The translations under genes and the position numbers were made by a program. 64,000 nt of DNA, from assembly GCF_009914755.1 (NCBI RefSeq), contig NC_060927.1; one strand, written 5' to 3'. This DNA comes from the human T2T-CHM13v2.0 reference genome, Homo sapiens. Below the pieces are notes generated by a model, which saw nothing but the letters and a program-made list of their open reading frames with translations, did no database searches and had not been told where the DNA came from. Of this stretch, positions 1 through 17,573 are shown in pieces. The first letter of the stretch is position 1. Every line of letters starts with the position of its first letter.

Positions 1-326
1 ACTTTTCAATAATAATTTTCTCAAAAGAAAGACATGTTTAAAATTTTTCCCTGGCCAGGCATGGTGGTTCATGCCTGTAATCTCAGTAATTTGGGAAATC
101 AAAGCAGTAGAATGGCTTGAGCCAAGGAGTTCAAGACCACCCTGGTCAACAGAGTGACACCTCATCTTTATAAAAATAAAACAAAATTAGCTGGGCATGG
201 TGACACATGCCTCTAGTCTCAGCTACTAAGGAGGCTGAGGCGGGAGGATCACTTGAGCACAGGAGTTTGAGGCTGCAGTGAGCTATGATCGTGCCACTGC
301 ACTCCAGCATGGGGGCCAGAGACTGT

Positions 327-353
<27 letters not shown>
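327..353. repeat. (CA)n microsatellite at Alu tail
   Basis: Direct reading. Confidence 0.9.
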
Positions 354-361
<8 letters not shown>

Positions 362-616
362 CTGTTAGTTACACCATTAATTCATTAAAGCTCTAAATTA
401 TACCCTGCTATTTTGCCAGAGGATAAAATAGTAAATGAAACACAAAAATATAACCTAGGGTCAGGCTCACACCTGTAATCTCAACACTTTGGGAGGCCAA
501 GGTGGGAGGAGTGCTTGAGCCCAGGAATTCCAGATCAGCCTGGGCAACTGAGGGGGAACATCAACTCTACAAAAAAATTGTTTTTAATTAGCTGGGCAGC
601 CAGGCACAGTGGCTCA

Positions 617-913
<297 letters not shown>

Positions 914-2003
914 TCAGGCATGGTAGTCATGCCTACAGTCCCAGCTACTCAGGAGGCTAAGATAGAAGGATTGTCTGAGCCCAGGAGGTCGAGGCTGGAG
1001 TGAGCCGTGACTGCATCACTGCACTCTAGCCTGGGTGACAAAATGAAACCCCATCTCAAAAAAGAAAATATAACCTACATAATTATATACCAAAGCATTG
1101 AAGAACTACATGTATTTCCTATAATCTTGTTATAATCCATCATCCAGTATAGGACATTGCACAAAATTAGGTACTCAAATATCTGCTGAATATCAATGGA
1201 GAAAAGTTAACAATTACAATATTTTCCTAACCCTTTTTCATGAATACCGAATCACTATCACATAAATCTAAAGAACCAGAATGCCTCTCTATAGACTGTA
1301 ACCCAGCATGGAATGAAAGGAAAAAAAGAATAAAGAGCACCATTCATTCAACAATTTCTAAGAATCTACTTTCAACTGTTAGCTGCTTTGAGGAATATAA
1401 AGTTCAGGGAGACATGGTCCTTGCATTTCAGAACCCCTTAAAGTAGAAGTAAAAACCACCACCGTTTAACAAAAATTGAATATGTGCTAGGCACTGGGCT
1501 AAGAGCTTTCAGGAAGACAAGTAGGCCTACAACAAAATATGAAATTAAAGGTAGGGAGGATTCTTAAGAAACGTACTATAAGAATCTGAAATGTGGTAAG
1601 GTCACTTCTAGCTTGAGTGGAAGAAGAGGTAGACAAGGATATTTCATTGTGTATTTGAGCTTAAAGGGGCAATATTTCAACAGACTAACGCAGAGGTAAA
1701 ACAAAAGCTAAAGTGTGCCCAGGGAATAAGCACAGACAAGCAGGTAAAGAAATGAGCCTGATGAAGGATACAGCCTTTCTTATTACATAACTTTGTTTCC
1801 TTTTATTTTAAATATTCACAATTAATGTCTTTACAAAGGCACTCATTATAAATAGCAAGCCTTTTTACTTCTAAAATGTTTACCCTGCTTTTTTTCTATA
1901 GCACTTAAACATTACATGTATTAGAGGGGATCTTTTAACCCCTTCTTTGTTTTATCTTTCCTTTCCTTCTCCCAATAACCAATTATTCTTCAGTGTTTCC
2001 CTA

Positions 2004-2414
<411 letters not shown>

Positions 2415-2582
2415 TCACAGAATACATGTTCAAAGAGGGAGGGAAACAAATTAAAAATATGAGCTGGGCACGATGGCTCATGCCTGTAATCTCAGCATTT
2501 TGGGAGGCCAAGGCGGGCAAATCACTTGAGGTCAGGAGGTTGAGACCAGCCTGGCCAACATGGTGAAAACCCGTCTCTACTA

Positions 2583-3034
<452 letters not shown>

Positions 3035-3261
3035 TCAGGAGTTTGAGACCAGCCTGGCCAACACAGTGAAGCCCCGTCTCTACTAAAAATACAAAAATTA
3101 ACTGGGCATGGTGGCCGGTGCCTGTAATCCCAGCTACTCGGGAGGCTGAGGCAAGAGAATCACTTGAACCCAGGAGGCAGGGGCTGCAGTGAGCCAAGTT
3201 CGCACCACTGCACTCCAGCCTAGGCGACAAAGCTAGACTCGGTCTCAAAGAAAAAAAAAAT

Positions 3262-4877
<1,616 letters not shown>

Positions 4878-4899
4878 TGACTAGTTTTTTTGGTTTTAG

Positions 4900-5016
<117 letters not shown>

Positions 5017-5462
5017 TAAATACATTATAGAATAAAAAAGTATGAGAGGCCAGGCACAGTGGCTCATGCCTATAATCCCAGCATTTTGGGAGGCCAAGGC
5101 GGGAGAATCACTTGAGCTCAGCACTTCGACATCAGCCTGGGCAACATGGCAAAACCCCATCTCTACAAAAAATACAAAAATTAGCTGAGTGTGGTGGCAC
5201 ACACCTGTAGTCCCAGCTACTCAGCAGGTTCAGGAGGGAAGATGGCTTGTGCCTGGGAGGTCAAGGCTACGGTGAGTGGAGATCGCACCACTGCACTCCA
5301 GCCTGGGCAATGGAGTGAGACTGTGTCACTCACAACACAAAAAAAGGGTATGAGTATAAAGTAACTACAACTGTGTGTATCAACTTATAGAAAAACTTTA
5401 TTCATTTTTTTTTTTTGCTTATTTTTCTTCTTACACCTCACAAGGATGAAAGAAAGTGTTCT

Positions 5463-8212
5463 GACACACGGTGAAATAATAGTTGCCAATTAGCCTCTCC
5501 CTCTCCCTCTCCCTCTCCCTCTCCCTCTCCCTCTCCCTCTCCCTCTCCGTCTCCCTCCGTCTCTGTCTCCGTCTCCGTCTCCCTCTCCCCACGGTCTCCC
5601 TCTCATGCGGAGCCGAAGCTGGACTGTACTGCTGCCATCTCGGCTCACTGCAACCTCTCTGCCTGATTCTCCTGCCTCAGCCTGCCGAGTGCCTGCGATT
5701 GCAGGCACGCGCCGCCACGCCTGACTGGTTTTGGTGGAGACGGGGTTTCGCTGTGTTGGCCGGGCCGGTCTCCAGCCCCTAACCGCCAGTGATCCGCCAA
5801 CCTCGGCCTCCCGAGGTGCCGGGATTGCAGACGGAGTCTCGTTCACTCAGTGCTCAATGGTGCCCAGGCTGGAGTGCAGTGGCGTGATCTCGGCTCACTA
5901 CAACCTCCACCTCCCAGCCGCCTGCCTTGGCCTCCCAAAGTGCCGAGATTGCAGCCTCTGCCCGGCCGCCACCCCGTCTGGGAAGTGAGGAGTGTCTCTG
6001 CCTGGCCGCCCATCGTCTGGGATGTGAGGAGCCCCTCTGCCCGGCCGCCCAGTCTGGGAAGTGAGGAGCGTCTCCGCCCGGCCGCCATCCCATCTAGGAA
6101 GTGAGGAGCGCCTCTTCCCAGCCGCCATCACATCTAGGAAGTGAGGAGCGTCTCTGCCCGGCCGCCCATCGTCTGAGATGTGGGGAGCGCCTCTGCCCCA
6201 CCGCCCCATCTGGGATGTGAGGAGCGCCTCTGCCCGGCCGAGACCCCGTCTGGGAGGTGAGGAGCGTCTCTGCCCGGCCGCCCCGTCTGAGAAGTGAGGA
6301 GACCCTCTGCCTGGCAACCACCCCGTCTGAGAAGTGAGGAGCCCCTCCGCCCGGCAGCTGCCCCGTCTGAGAAGTGAGGAGCCTCTCCGCCCAGCAGCCA
6401 CCCCATCTGGGAAGTGAGGAGCATCTCCGCCCGGCAGCCACCCCGTCCAGGAGGGAGGTGAGGGGGGGTCAGCCCCCCGCCCGGCCAGCCGCCCCATCCG
6501 GGAGGGAGGTGGGGGGTCAGCCCCCTGCCCGGCCAGCCGTGCCATCCGGGAGGGAGGTGGGGGGGTCAGCCCCCCGCCCGGCCAGCCGCCCGGCCAGCCG
6601 CCCGGTCCGGGAGGTGAGGGGCGCCTCTGCCCGGCCGCCCCTACTGGGAAGTGAGGAGCCCCTCTGCCCGGCCAGCCGCCCCGTCCGGGAGGGAGGTGGG
6701 GGGGTCAGCCCTCCGCCCGGCCAGCCGCCCCGTCTGGGAGGTGAGGGGCGCCTCTGCCCAGCCGCCCCTACTGGGAAGTGAGGAGCCCCTCTGCCCGGCC
6801 AGCCGCCCCGTCCGGGAGGGAGGTGGGGGGGTCGGCCCCCCGCCCGGCCAGCCGCCCCGTCCGGGAGGGAGGTGGGGGTGTCGGCCCCCCGCCCGGCCAG
6901 CCGCCCCGTCCGGGAGGGAGGTGGGGGGGGTCAGCCCCCCTGCCCGGCCAGCCGCCCCGTCCGGGAGGTGAGGGGCGCCTCTGCCCGGCCGCCCCTACTG
7001 GGAAGTGAGGAGCCCCTCTGCCCGGCCAGCTGCCCCGTCCGCGAGGGAGGTGGGGGGTCAGCCCCCCGCCCGGCCAGCCGCCCCGTCCGGGAGGGAGGTG
7101 GGGGGGGGTCAGCCCCCCTGCCCGGCCAGCCGCCCCGTCCGGGAGGTGAGGGGCGCCTCTGCCCGGCCGCCCCTACTGGGAAGTGAGGAGCCCCTCTGCC
7201 CGGCCAGCTGCCCCGTCCGCGAGGGAGGTGGGGGGGTCAGCCCCCCGCCCGGCCAGCCGCCCCGTCCGGGAGGGAGGTGGGGGGGGTCAGCCCCCCTGCC
7301 CGGCCAGCCGCCCCGTCCGGGAGGTGAGGGGCGCCTCTGCCCGGCCGCCCCTACTGGGAAGTGAGGAGCCCCTCTGCCCGGCCAGCTGCCCCGTCCGCGA
7401 GGGAGGTGGGGGGGTCAGCCCCCCGCCCGGCCAGCCGCCCCGTCCGGGAGGGAGGTGGGGGGGGTCAGCCCCCCTGCCCGGCCAGCCGCCCCGTCCGGGA
7501 GGTGAGGGGCGCCTCTGCCCGGCTGCCCCTACTGGGAAGTGAGGAGCCCCTCTGCCTGGCCAGCCGCCCCGTCCGGGAGGGAGGTGGGGGGTCAGCCCCC
7601 CGACCGGCCAGCCGCCCCGCCCAGGAGGTGAGGGGCGCCTCTGCCCGGCCGCCCCTACTGGGAAGTGAGGAGCCCCTCTGCCCGGCCACCACCCCGTCTG
7701 GGAGGTGTGCCCAACAGCTCATTGAGAACGGGCCAGGATGACAATGGCGGCTTTGTGGAATAGAAAGGCGGGAAAGGTGGGGAAAAGATTGAGAAATCGG
7801 ATGGTTGCCGTGTCTGTGTAGAAAGAAGTAGACATGGGAGACTTTTCATTTTGTTCTGCACTAAGAAAAATTCCTCTGCCTTGGGATCCTGTTGATCTGT
7901 GACCTTACCCCCAACCCTGTGCTCTCTGAAACATGTGCTGTATCCACTCAGGGTTAAATGGATTAAGGGCGGTGCAAGATGTGCTTTGTTAAACAGATGC
8001 TTGAAGGCAGCATGCTCGTTAAGAGTCATCACCAATCCCTAATCTCAAGTAATCAGGGACACAAACACTGCGGAAGGCCGCAGGGTCCTCTGCCTAGGAA
8101 AACCAGAGACCTTTGTTCACTTGTTTATCTGCTGACCTTCCCTCCACTATTGTCCCATGACCCTGCCAAATCCCCCTCTGTGAGAAACACCCAAGAATTA
8201 TCAATAAAAAAA

Positions 8213-8248
<36 letters not shown>
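5463..8248 (+). mobile_element. Full-length SVA retrotransposon (likely SVA_F), antisense to RAF1
   Basis: (CCCTCT)n at 5494-5547, Alu-like domain to about 5960, GC-rich VNTR about 5960-7700, SINE-R about 7700-8205, AATAAA and poly(A). 15-bp TSD GAAAGAAAGTGTTCT at 5448-5462 and 8249-8263. Confidence 0.97.
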
Positions 8249-8250
<2 letters not shown>

Positions 8251-8571
8251 AAGAAAGTGTTCTTTTTAAAAAGATGTCATTAATTGTGTACATAATGTAT
8301 CCCTTTGAACAACATTATACACAAGTTTAAGAGGGAGGAAAAAACCCATCAGATCCAAATATAGCCAAATTCAAAGGTTCTGGTTTGCCCATTACATCTA
8401 AGTAGCAATAAGAAGAAAAGGAGGGCTGGGCGCAGTGGCTCAAGCCTGTAATCCCAGTACTTTAGGAGGCTAAAATGGGAGGATCAATGGAGGCCAGGAG
8501 TTCGAGACCAACCTGGTAAACATAGTGAGACCCCCCCCCCCCCGCCATCTCTAAAATAGTAAAAATAATAA

Positions 8572-9578
<1,007 letters not shown>

Positions 9579-10231
9579 GATACACACACACACACCCCAC
9601 CCCCAATCCGCCCCCTTCCAACTTACATAAGACAGCCTAGGGGTCCATTTTGCATTGTCAGGCAATACTAGATAATACTAGCCAGGGAAATCACAATCTC
9701 TCCTCTCAAAATCACACTATAATGCTGGACCAGACTAAGGTCAAAAATGGTAGAAGATTATCATTTATCCCCCCATTCTCTCTGGGTATAACTTTCTTCC
9801 ATATCTAAAACCTATGAATGCAAAAGGAAATAGCCAGCATGGTAACAGCTGCTTGAGCTGAAGAGTCAGTGTCCTGCTAAAGCAGGCAAATGTCATCAAG
9901 GAGCTAGCAGGCAGAACCTAGAGCACTCTACATATAATGCCCAATAGAGGGAGAAGCTTAAGCAACTTACCTCCTCCAACAGACAGGTCCTAAGTTACAA
10001 AGTTCTAAGTTTGAATTTAGTAAGTGTAGCCTCTTTACTGTAAGCATTTTGGAGAGATGGCAGTAGAGTGAAACTAAATCCATAAGTGATTAACCTCTGA
10101 TTAATGTTTGCTGTGTAAGACAAGGTTTTGAGAACTGGAGATATATAAAAAAGGATAAGACATGCCCCACTGGAAATATATAGGCAAGAGTAAGACATGC
10201 CTCATTTTTAAACTGAGACATAAGACATCTA

Positions 10232-10588
<357 letters not shown>

Positions 10589-11319
10589 TTAGATAAGGTC
10601 CTTGAAGGTAGGAACTTGCCTTATGCTGCACCAAGTGCACTGGCCTGCACCTACAGGGGCCTAAAAATACTGGCTTTTGATTTCCACTAAACATACTATT
10701 ACTATGAGAAAGCCATGTGAGCAAGACACAGAAGCAAGAATTGTATATACTTAGTCTGGTAGCCAGGGAGAGCCTGGAAGATTTGAGCAAGAAAGTAAGG
10801 CCAGCACATCTACCCTTAAATATTTTTGTGTCGTCACAAAATAGGATACATAAGAATTCACATTTCCCTCTGTGAAAGGAAGCTGGGTAGCTAGAGAACA
10901 AAGGAGAACGTAGAATAACTATGCACAACATAACTTTCTATATCCTTTAAATTTTGTGACATCTGACATTATTACTTACTCAAAGAAAATAATATTTAAT
11001 TCTTAAGAATTTCCAGGCAGGGGCCAGGCGCAGTGGCTCACACCTGTAAATCCCAGCACTTTGGGAGGCCGAGGTGGGCAGATTACCTGAGGTCGGGAGT
11101 TCGAGACCAGTCTCACTATCATGGAGAAACCCCATCTCTACTAAAAATACAAAATTAGTCGGGCATGGTGGTGCATGCCTGTAACCCCAGCTACTCAGGA
11201 GGCTGAGGCAGGAGAATCGCTTGAACCCAAGGCAGAGGTTGCGGTGAGCTGAGATTGTGCACCACTGCACTCCAGCCTGGGCAACAAGAGCAAAACATCT
11301 CAAAAAAAAAAAAGTACAC

Positions 11320-11629
11320 AATAAAATGGCTTTTATTATATTCACAGTTGTGGATCCATCTCCATAATTGTAGAACACTTTTATCACCCAAAAAAAAAAC
11401 AAAACAAAACAAAAAAAACCCTATCACAGTCACTGACCATTCCCTACATCCCTCAGCCCCTGATCTACTTTCTGTCACTAAGGATTTTCCTATTCTGGAC
11501 ATTACATATAAATGGAATAATTCAATATGTGGTCTTTCCTGCATGGTTTCTTTTACTTAATATGTTTCCAATGTTGTAGTATACACCAGTACATCCTTTC
11601 TTTTTATTACTGAGTAACATTCCATCACA
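11320..11629 (-). mobile_element. Old L1M 3' fragment
   Basis: CTACTTTCTGTCACTAAGGATTTTCCTATTCTGGACATTACATATAAATGGAAT, typical antisense L1M 3'UTR. Confidence 0.7.
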
Positions 11630-12207
<578 letters not shown>

Positions 12208-12666
12208 CTAAATCATAAAGATTTTAAAACCGTAAACTAGCTTTAGGATTGTTAAGCCCCACCCAGTAAAACCCCTTAGAATCTGGTCTAAAAATAAAAC
12301 CGTGTGTCAAGTGTTCCTCAAAAAATGCTATGTACACTGATTGGAATGTGATGCCAATTAACATACTTTGTGAGTAATTTGCCAAACTTTAGATAGTCTA
12401 GGCCAAAACCACTAACAAAGAAACAACACCCACTTGACATTTTCCTTAGTTAAGCTGAGATTCTAGGGGTCATTTTAGAAGAAAGGCAAACAGATGTGAA
12501 ATTAACTAAAATCATTTAGAGCTACGCAAGTCATTCTGGGAGAAAAGAAGTAACAAAATGACTCAAACATTGTAAAATTAAAGATCAAACCTTAATGTGT
12601 AATTAAGGAATTTTTACTTACAACTCTAAGGCAAGAAAAAAATAGCCATTACTATCATGAGAATTA

Positions 12667-12994
<328 letters not shown>

Positions 12995-15900
12995 TTAGCC
13001 CTATACCAAAAGTACCAACTGAATTGCAACACAAATATCTAGTATTACATTTTGAACCCAGTCAGATGAGCAATTAGGAATTCTACCCTCCCATACACAT
13101 ACCAAACAACCTCATCCTAAATAAACCCAGTGTTCTCTGATTTTCCAATTAATTTATTCAAGGTAAGTAATTTTCCACCTCAGTCATTTGTTTTGAAGAA
13201 ATGACTCCCAAGATCTGAACAACTTAAAAACAAAAACTAAGTCAAAAAGCTCAATTTTATGGTTTCATAAACCCCCTCACTGTCACATTATCCACTGCCT
13301 TTCAAAGGCAATATTTAAAATTGTCTTCTGCAAGTCAACATTAAGGCATGCTGTTTGGCTAACAAGCTCCTCCCAAGCTCAAGATTATTATGTATGGCCT
13401 ATTATGATCCTAACATGCAAACAAAAGTACTCCCTCATGTAACATTTTTTTAGGCAGTAGGTTACTAACAAAGATTTACCTGAAATTTAAATGTAGAATC
13501 ATACATTTACTAGTAATAGACTACCTGAAATAGTAGTTTAAAGTTATCAATTATATTTTTTATTTCGTAAATAATCCAGTGCTTCTGGAAAAGTCAAATT
13601 TAACTTCCAAGAAGTATGAACTTGCTTAATCTTCAGAGCAAACAAATGACATGTTATAAACTAAAAGCTACTAGTCTAAGAGCAACTGTAATATATAATA
13701 CTTGATGTTTAACATTCTTCACTTCATCTTTTAGATACTTTTTGTCAGAAATTACCAGCTTAATCTGCTTCTCACTGTTTTTTTCAGCTAAACCAAATCC
13801 CATAAAATACGTTCAAGCCTTCTATTGAAGGCACACTTTTTTTTTTTGAGACAGGGTCTCACTCCATCACCAACACTGGAGTACAGTGGCATGAACATGG
13901 CTCACTGCAGCCTCAATCTCCCTGGGCTCAGGTGAGCCTTTCACCTCAGCCTCCCAAGCAGCTGGGACTACAGGCATACTACACCATACCCTGCTGATTT
14001 TTTTCTTTTTGTGTGTGTGTATTTTTTGTAGGGACAGGTTTTCACCATGTTGCCCAGGCTGGTCTCAAACTCCTGAGCTCTAGCAATTCACCAGCCTCGG
14101 CCTCCCAAAGTGCTGGGCTTACAGGCCTGAGCCACCACAACTGGCTGATGTTTTTACAACTACTGACAAGACTTTAACAAAACTAAGGAACTCCACTACA
14201 ATTTATAATCACAAAACACCACATATCAGCCAGGCACAGTGGCTCACGCCTGTAATCCCAGCACTTTGCAAGGCCAAGGCGGGTAGATCACAAGGTCAGG
14301 AGTTCAAGACCAGCCTGGCTAATATGGTGAAATCCCGTCTCTACTAAAAACATAAAAGTTGGCTAGGCGTGGTGGCAGGCGCCTGTAGTCCCAGCTACTC
14401 AGGAGGCTGAGGCAGGAGAATGCTTAAACCCAGGAGGCAGAGGTCGCAGTGAGCCAAGATCGCACCACTGCGCTAAAAAAACACCACATATCTTTAAAAG
14501 ATAAGCCTTTAGTACAGAAACAGTAACAGGTTTATTTTTCCAAGTATCCCAGCATTCAACTGGGTCAAATGTTTATGTTGCATTTTAAACAGCTTGGCCC
14601 TTGAGTGATAAGGGTAAAAACAAGCCAAAATAATCCTGAATGTTCTTCAGTGGTATATAATCATCACAACCAAAGCAAGATTTAGAAACTGCAACTGAAG
14701 TCTGTTAATTCCATAATAGTCACTTTAGCATAAACATTAATCACAATATTATAGCTATTTTAGGAAAATTATGTTTATGGGGATAAAGATTTTATAACAG
14801 GTTGTTATCCGAGAAGTCAATACAAATAAATAGTTTATAAAATACACTTATTAAACTAAAAATACTCACATTCTACACTTTTTTTGATGTTTGTTTTCTA
14901 TAGTCGTCCAATTTCTGTAAGACTGGGGAGTACATTACTTATATTTAAAATTTAGGCCAGGCACAGTGGCTCATGCCTGTAATCCCAGCGAGGCCGTGGG
15001 AGGCCGAGGTGGGCAGATCTCTTGCGGTCAGGAGTTCGAGACCAGCCTGGCCAACACGACAAAACCCCATCTCTACTAAAAATACAAAAATCAGCCAGGC
15101 GTGGTGGAGTGTGCCTACCCAGCTACTCAGGAGGGTGAGGCAGGAGAACTGCTTGAACCAAGGAGGCAGAGGTTGCAGTGAGCCGAGATCGCATCATTGC
15201 ACGCCAGCCTGGGCAACAGAGTGAGACTCCGTCGCAAAAAAATAAAAAACAATAGAATAATAAAATAAAAATTAGTAGGAGAGTGTTCTACATTTATAAA
15301 GTTAACATTTTTGTGAGCAAGTATAACTTTAAGAGAATTTTTTGCAAGAATCCCCAGGAATATATGAGTTCAATTCATTCACCACTGTGTAAGTCAAAAC
15401 ATTTGATATAAAACACTTATCAAAAATGTTCTGCTAGCCAGGCACAGTGGATCACACCTGTAATTTCAGCACTTTAAGAGGCTGAAGCTGGAGGATCACT
15501 TGAGCCCAAGAGTTCAAGACCAGCCTGGCCAACATAGTGTGACCCCCTCTCTATTATTTAAAAAAAAAAAAAGTTCTGCCTGGCCAGTGGCTCACCCCTG
15601 TAATCCCAGCAAGCACGTTGGGAGGGAGAGGTGGAAGCAGGAGGATCGCCTGAGCCCAGGAGTTTGAGACCAGCCTAGGCAACACTGCCAGACTCCATCT
15701 CTACTATTTTTTTTTTTAATTAGCCATGTGTGGTGGCACCTGTCTGTAGTCCCAGCTACTCAGGAGGCAAAGGCAGGAGAACTGCTTAAGCCCAGGAGTT
15801 AGAGGCTGCAACCGAGCTATGATCATGCCACTGCACTCTAGCCTGGGCGACAGAGTGAGATCCTGTTCCTTTAAAAAAAAAAAAAAAAGTTTGCATTGTT

Positions 15901-17420
15901 CTGAAAAAATAAAAAAAAATTTAAAAGTCATTAACTAAGTTAAACTAAATATGTTCAATCACTATCAGCTTCAACATCAACAAAGGGAGAAAATTATCAG
16001 CAAGAATGAAGACTCGGCAACCCATGTACAATAATCCAAATTCAACTAGTTCACTATCTACAACAAAGACAGCCCCCTCACAATTCTAGCAACTTTTATT
16101 TTACTCTCATCTCTCACCATTTCCTTCCTGCACCCCAGGCAATTTGCTGCTCCCCAAACTCATCCCAACTCCCACATGGTTCTAAGCCTTTGTACCAGCT
16201 GTTCCCTGAGCTCCTCCTCACCCGATGAGCACTTACTCACAGGTGTTTCAAAACTCGACTCAGAAGTCTCCTCGAGTGTAGAAGCTTCCTCAACTCCTCC
16301 CCAAGCAAAACTAACTGTTCTAAATCCCCATAACACTTGATAAGCCAATTCTTATCACACTGCATTGTTTTCACGCCTTAGGAGCGCAGGGAGGGCAGAG
16401 TCTCTCCACTCAGCCCACAGAGGACCAGGCAAGCAGAAACGCTCAATGAACGTGCCTTGAATTCATTTTCCACTTAGATTAAGTGACCCCCTAGAACCCG
16501 TTCACATCTCAAGGATACACTAAGTTCCATTCCTTCTTCCCACCACAGAATGAATACCAGGGGCACACCCAGAGCCCTAGAACGAGAACAATGAATGAAC
16601 ACGGCCGCCTCGCCTCTCACGACGTCCAAACCCCTCTCTCTTGGGCATCGACTCGCTCGCAGAGCCTCAGCAGCTGCAGAGCTGAAGCGTCCCGGCGGCT
16701 CTCGCGTCACACAAAAGACAGCCCTGGCTCTTCATTCCAAAGCGTCCTGAGGCCAATCCTCTATAAGTATCCCAAACCTTTCATTAATAACCCAGAGTCC
16801 TGATACCCAAGGCTAGTCCTGATACCCAAGAAGAGGCCCCTGTGCCTTTGTGGTAGGGCACTGGCCAGTTTCCTCCTCTCTTACCCGATTCCTCACGTCG
16901 TCTCTAAAAGTGTGTCACTTGACTGAAGTACCCTGAGAAAGGGTGCAAGCCCGGGTCCCACATTCGGCGGCCCAAGAGAAAAGGAATTGGCCCATCCAAG
17001 TGACAACAGATATGGGGCAGCTCTGGGCGGATTTTCCCACTGCCAAATATGAGGAATGCGCATGGCATAAGGGTGGCGTTGGCACGTTTCCGCCAAACAC
17101 AAGGAAATTTGAGTGGGATGTGGGAACTCGGCTCGCCGGCCATGACACCGGACTCCGGGGCCCCCGCCCAACGCTACCCGGGGTGACAGCGGCCTGGCCC
17201 AAGCCCTCTGCCCGGCAGCCGCGAGGCCGCTCCATCAGCGCCACCCAGGCCCGGTCGCCCTGGAAGCCGATCCCTCAGCCCCGCCGCCCGGCTCCCCCGG
17301 CATCCACGACCCGGTCCTGCCACCTACCTGAGGGAGCCAGGCCGCCCCAACGTCCTGTCGTTCGGCGGCAGCTTCTCGCCCGCTCCTCCTCCCCGCGGCG
17401 GGTGAGGGAGCGGGAGGCGG

Positions 17421-17474
17421 TCACATTCGGCGCGTCCCCAGCCCAGGGGACGGAGCCCCGAGCAGCCCCCGCAT
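17421..17474 (-). other. uORF2 in RAF1 exon 1 (MRGLLGAPSPGLGTRRM*)
   Basis: ACG-ATG context (A at -3), 17 codons, ends ATG TGA. Translation is not demonstrated. Confidence 0.55.
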
Positions 17475-17573
17475 CGTAGCAAACGCGCTCCGCGCCTCAG
17501 GGCACGCGCCCCAAAGCCCGGCCAGCTGACCCTTTTCGGGGCCCAAAAAAGGCAGCAGAAAGCCGTTCCCGCC

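Noticed and set aside
5483-8215. Repetitive Pro/Ala/Arg/Gly-rich ORFs up to 215 aa; spaced repeats superficially like a CRISPR array
   Set aside because: They come from the SVA hexamer and VNTR. The units are tandem with no unique spacers, and the DNA is eukaryotic.
16893-17479. 178-aa plus-strand and overlapping minus-strand ORFs in the CpG island
   Set aside because: Stop-poor GC-rich DNA, non-ATG starts, no recognisable domain.
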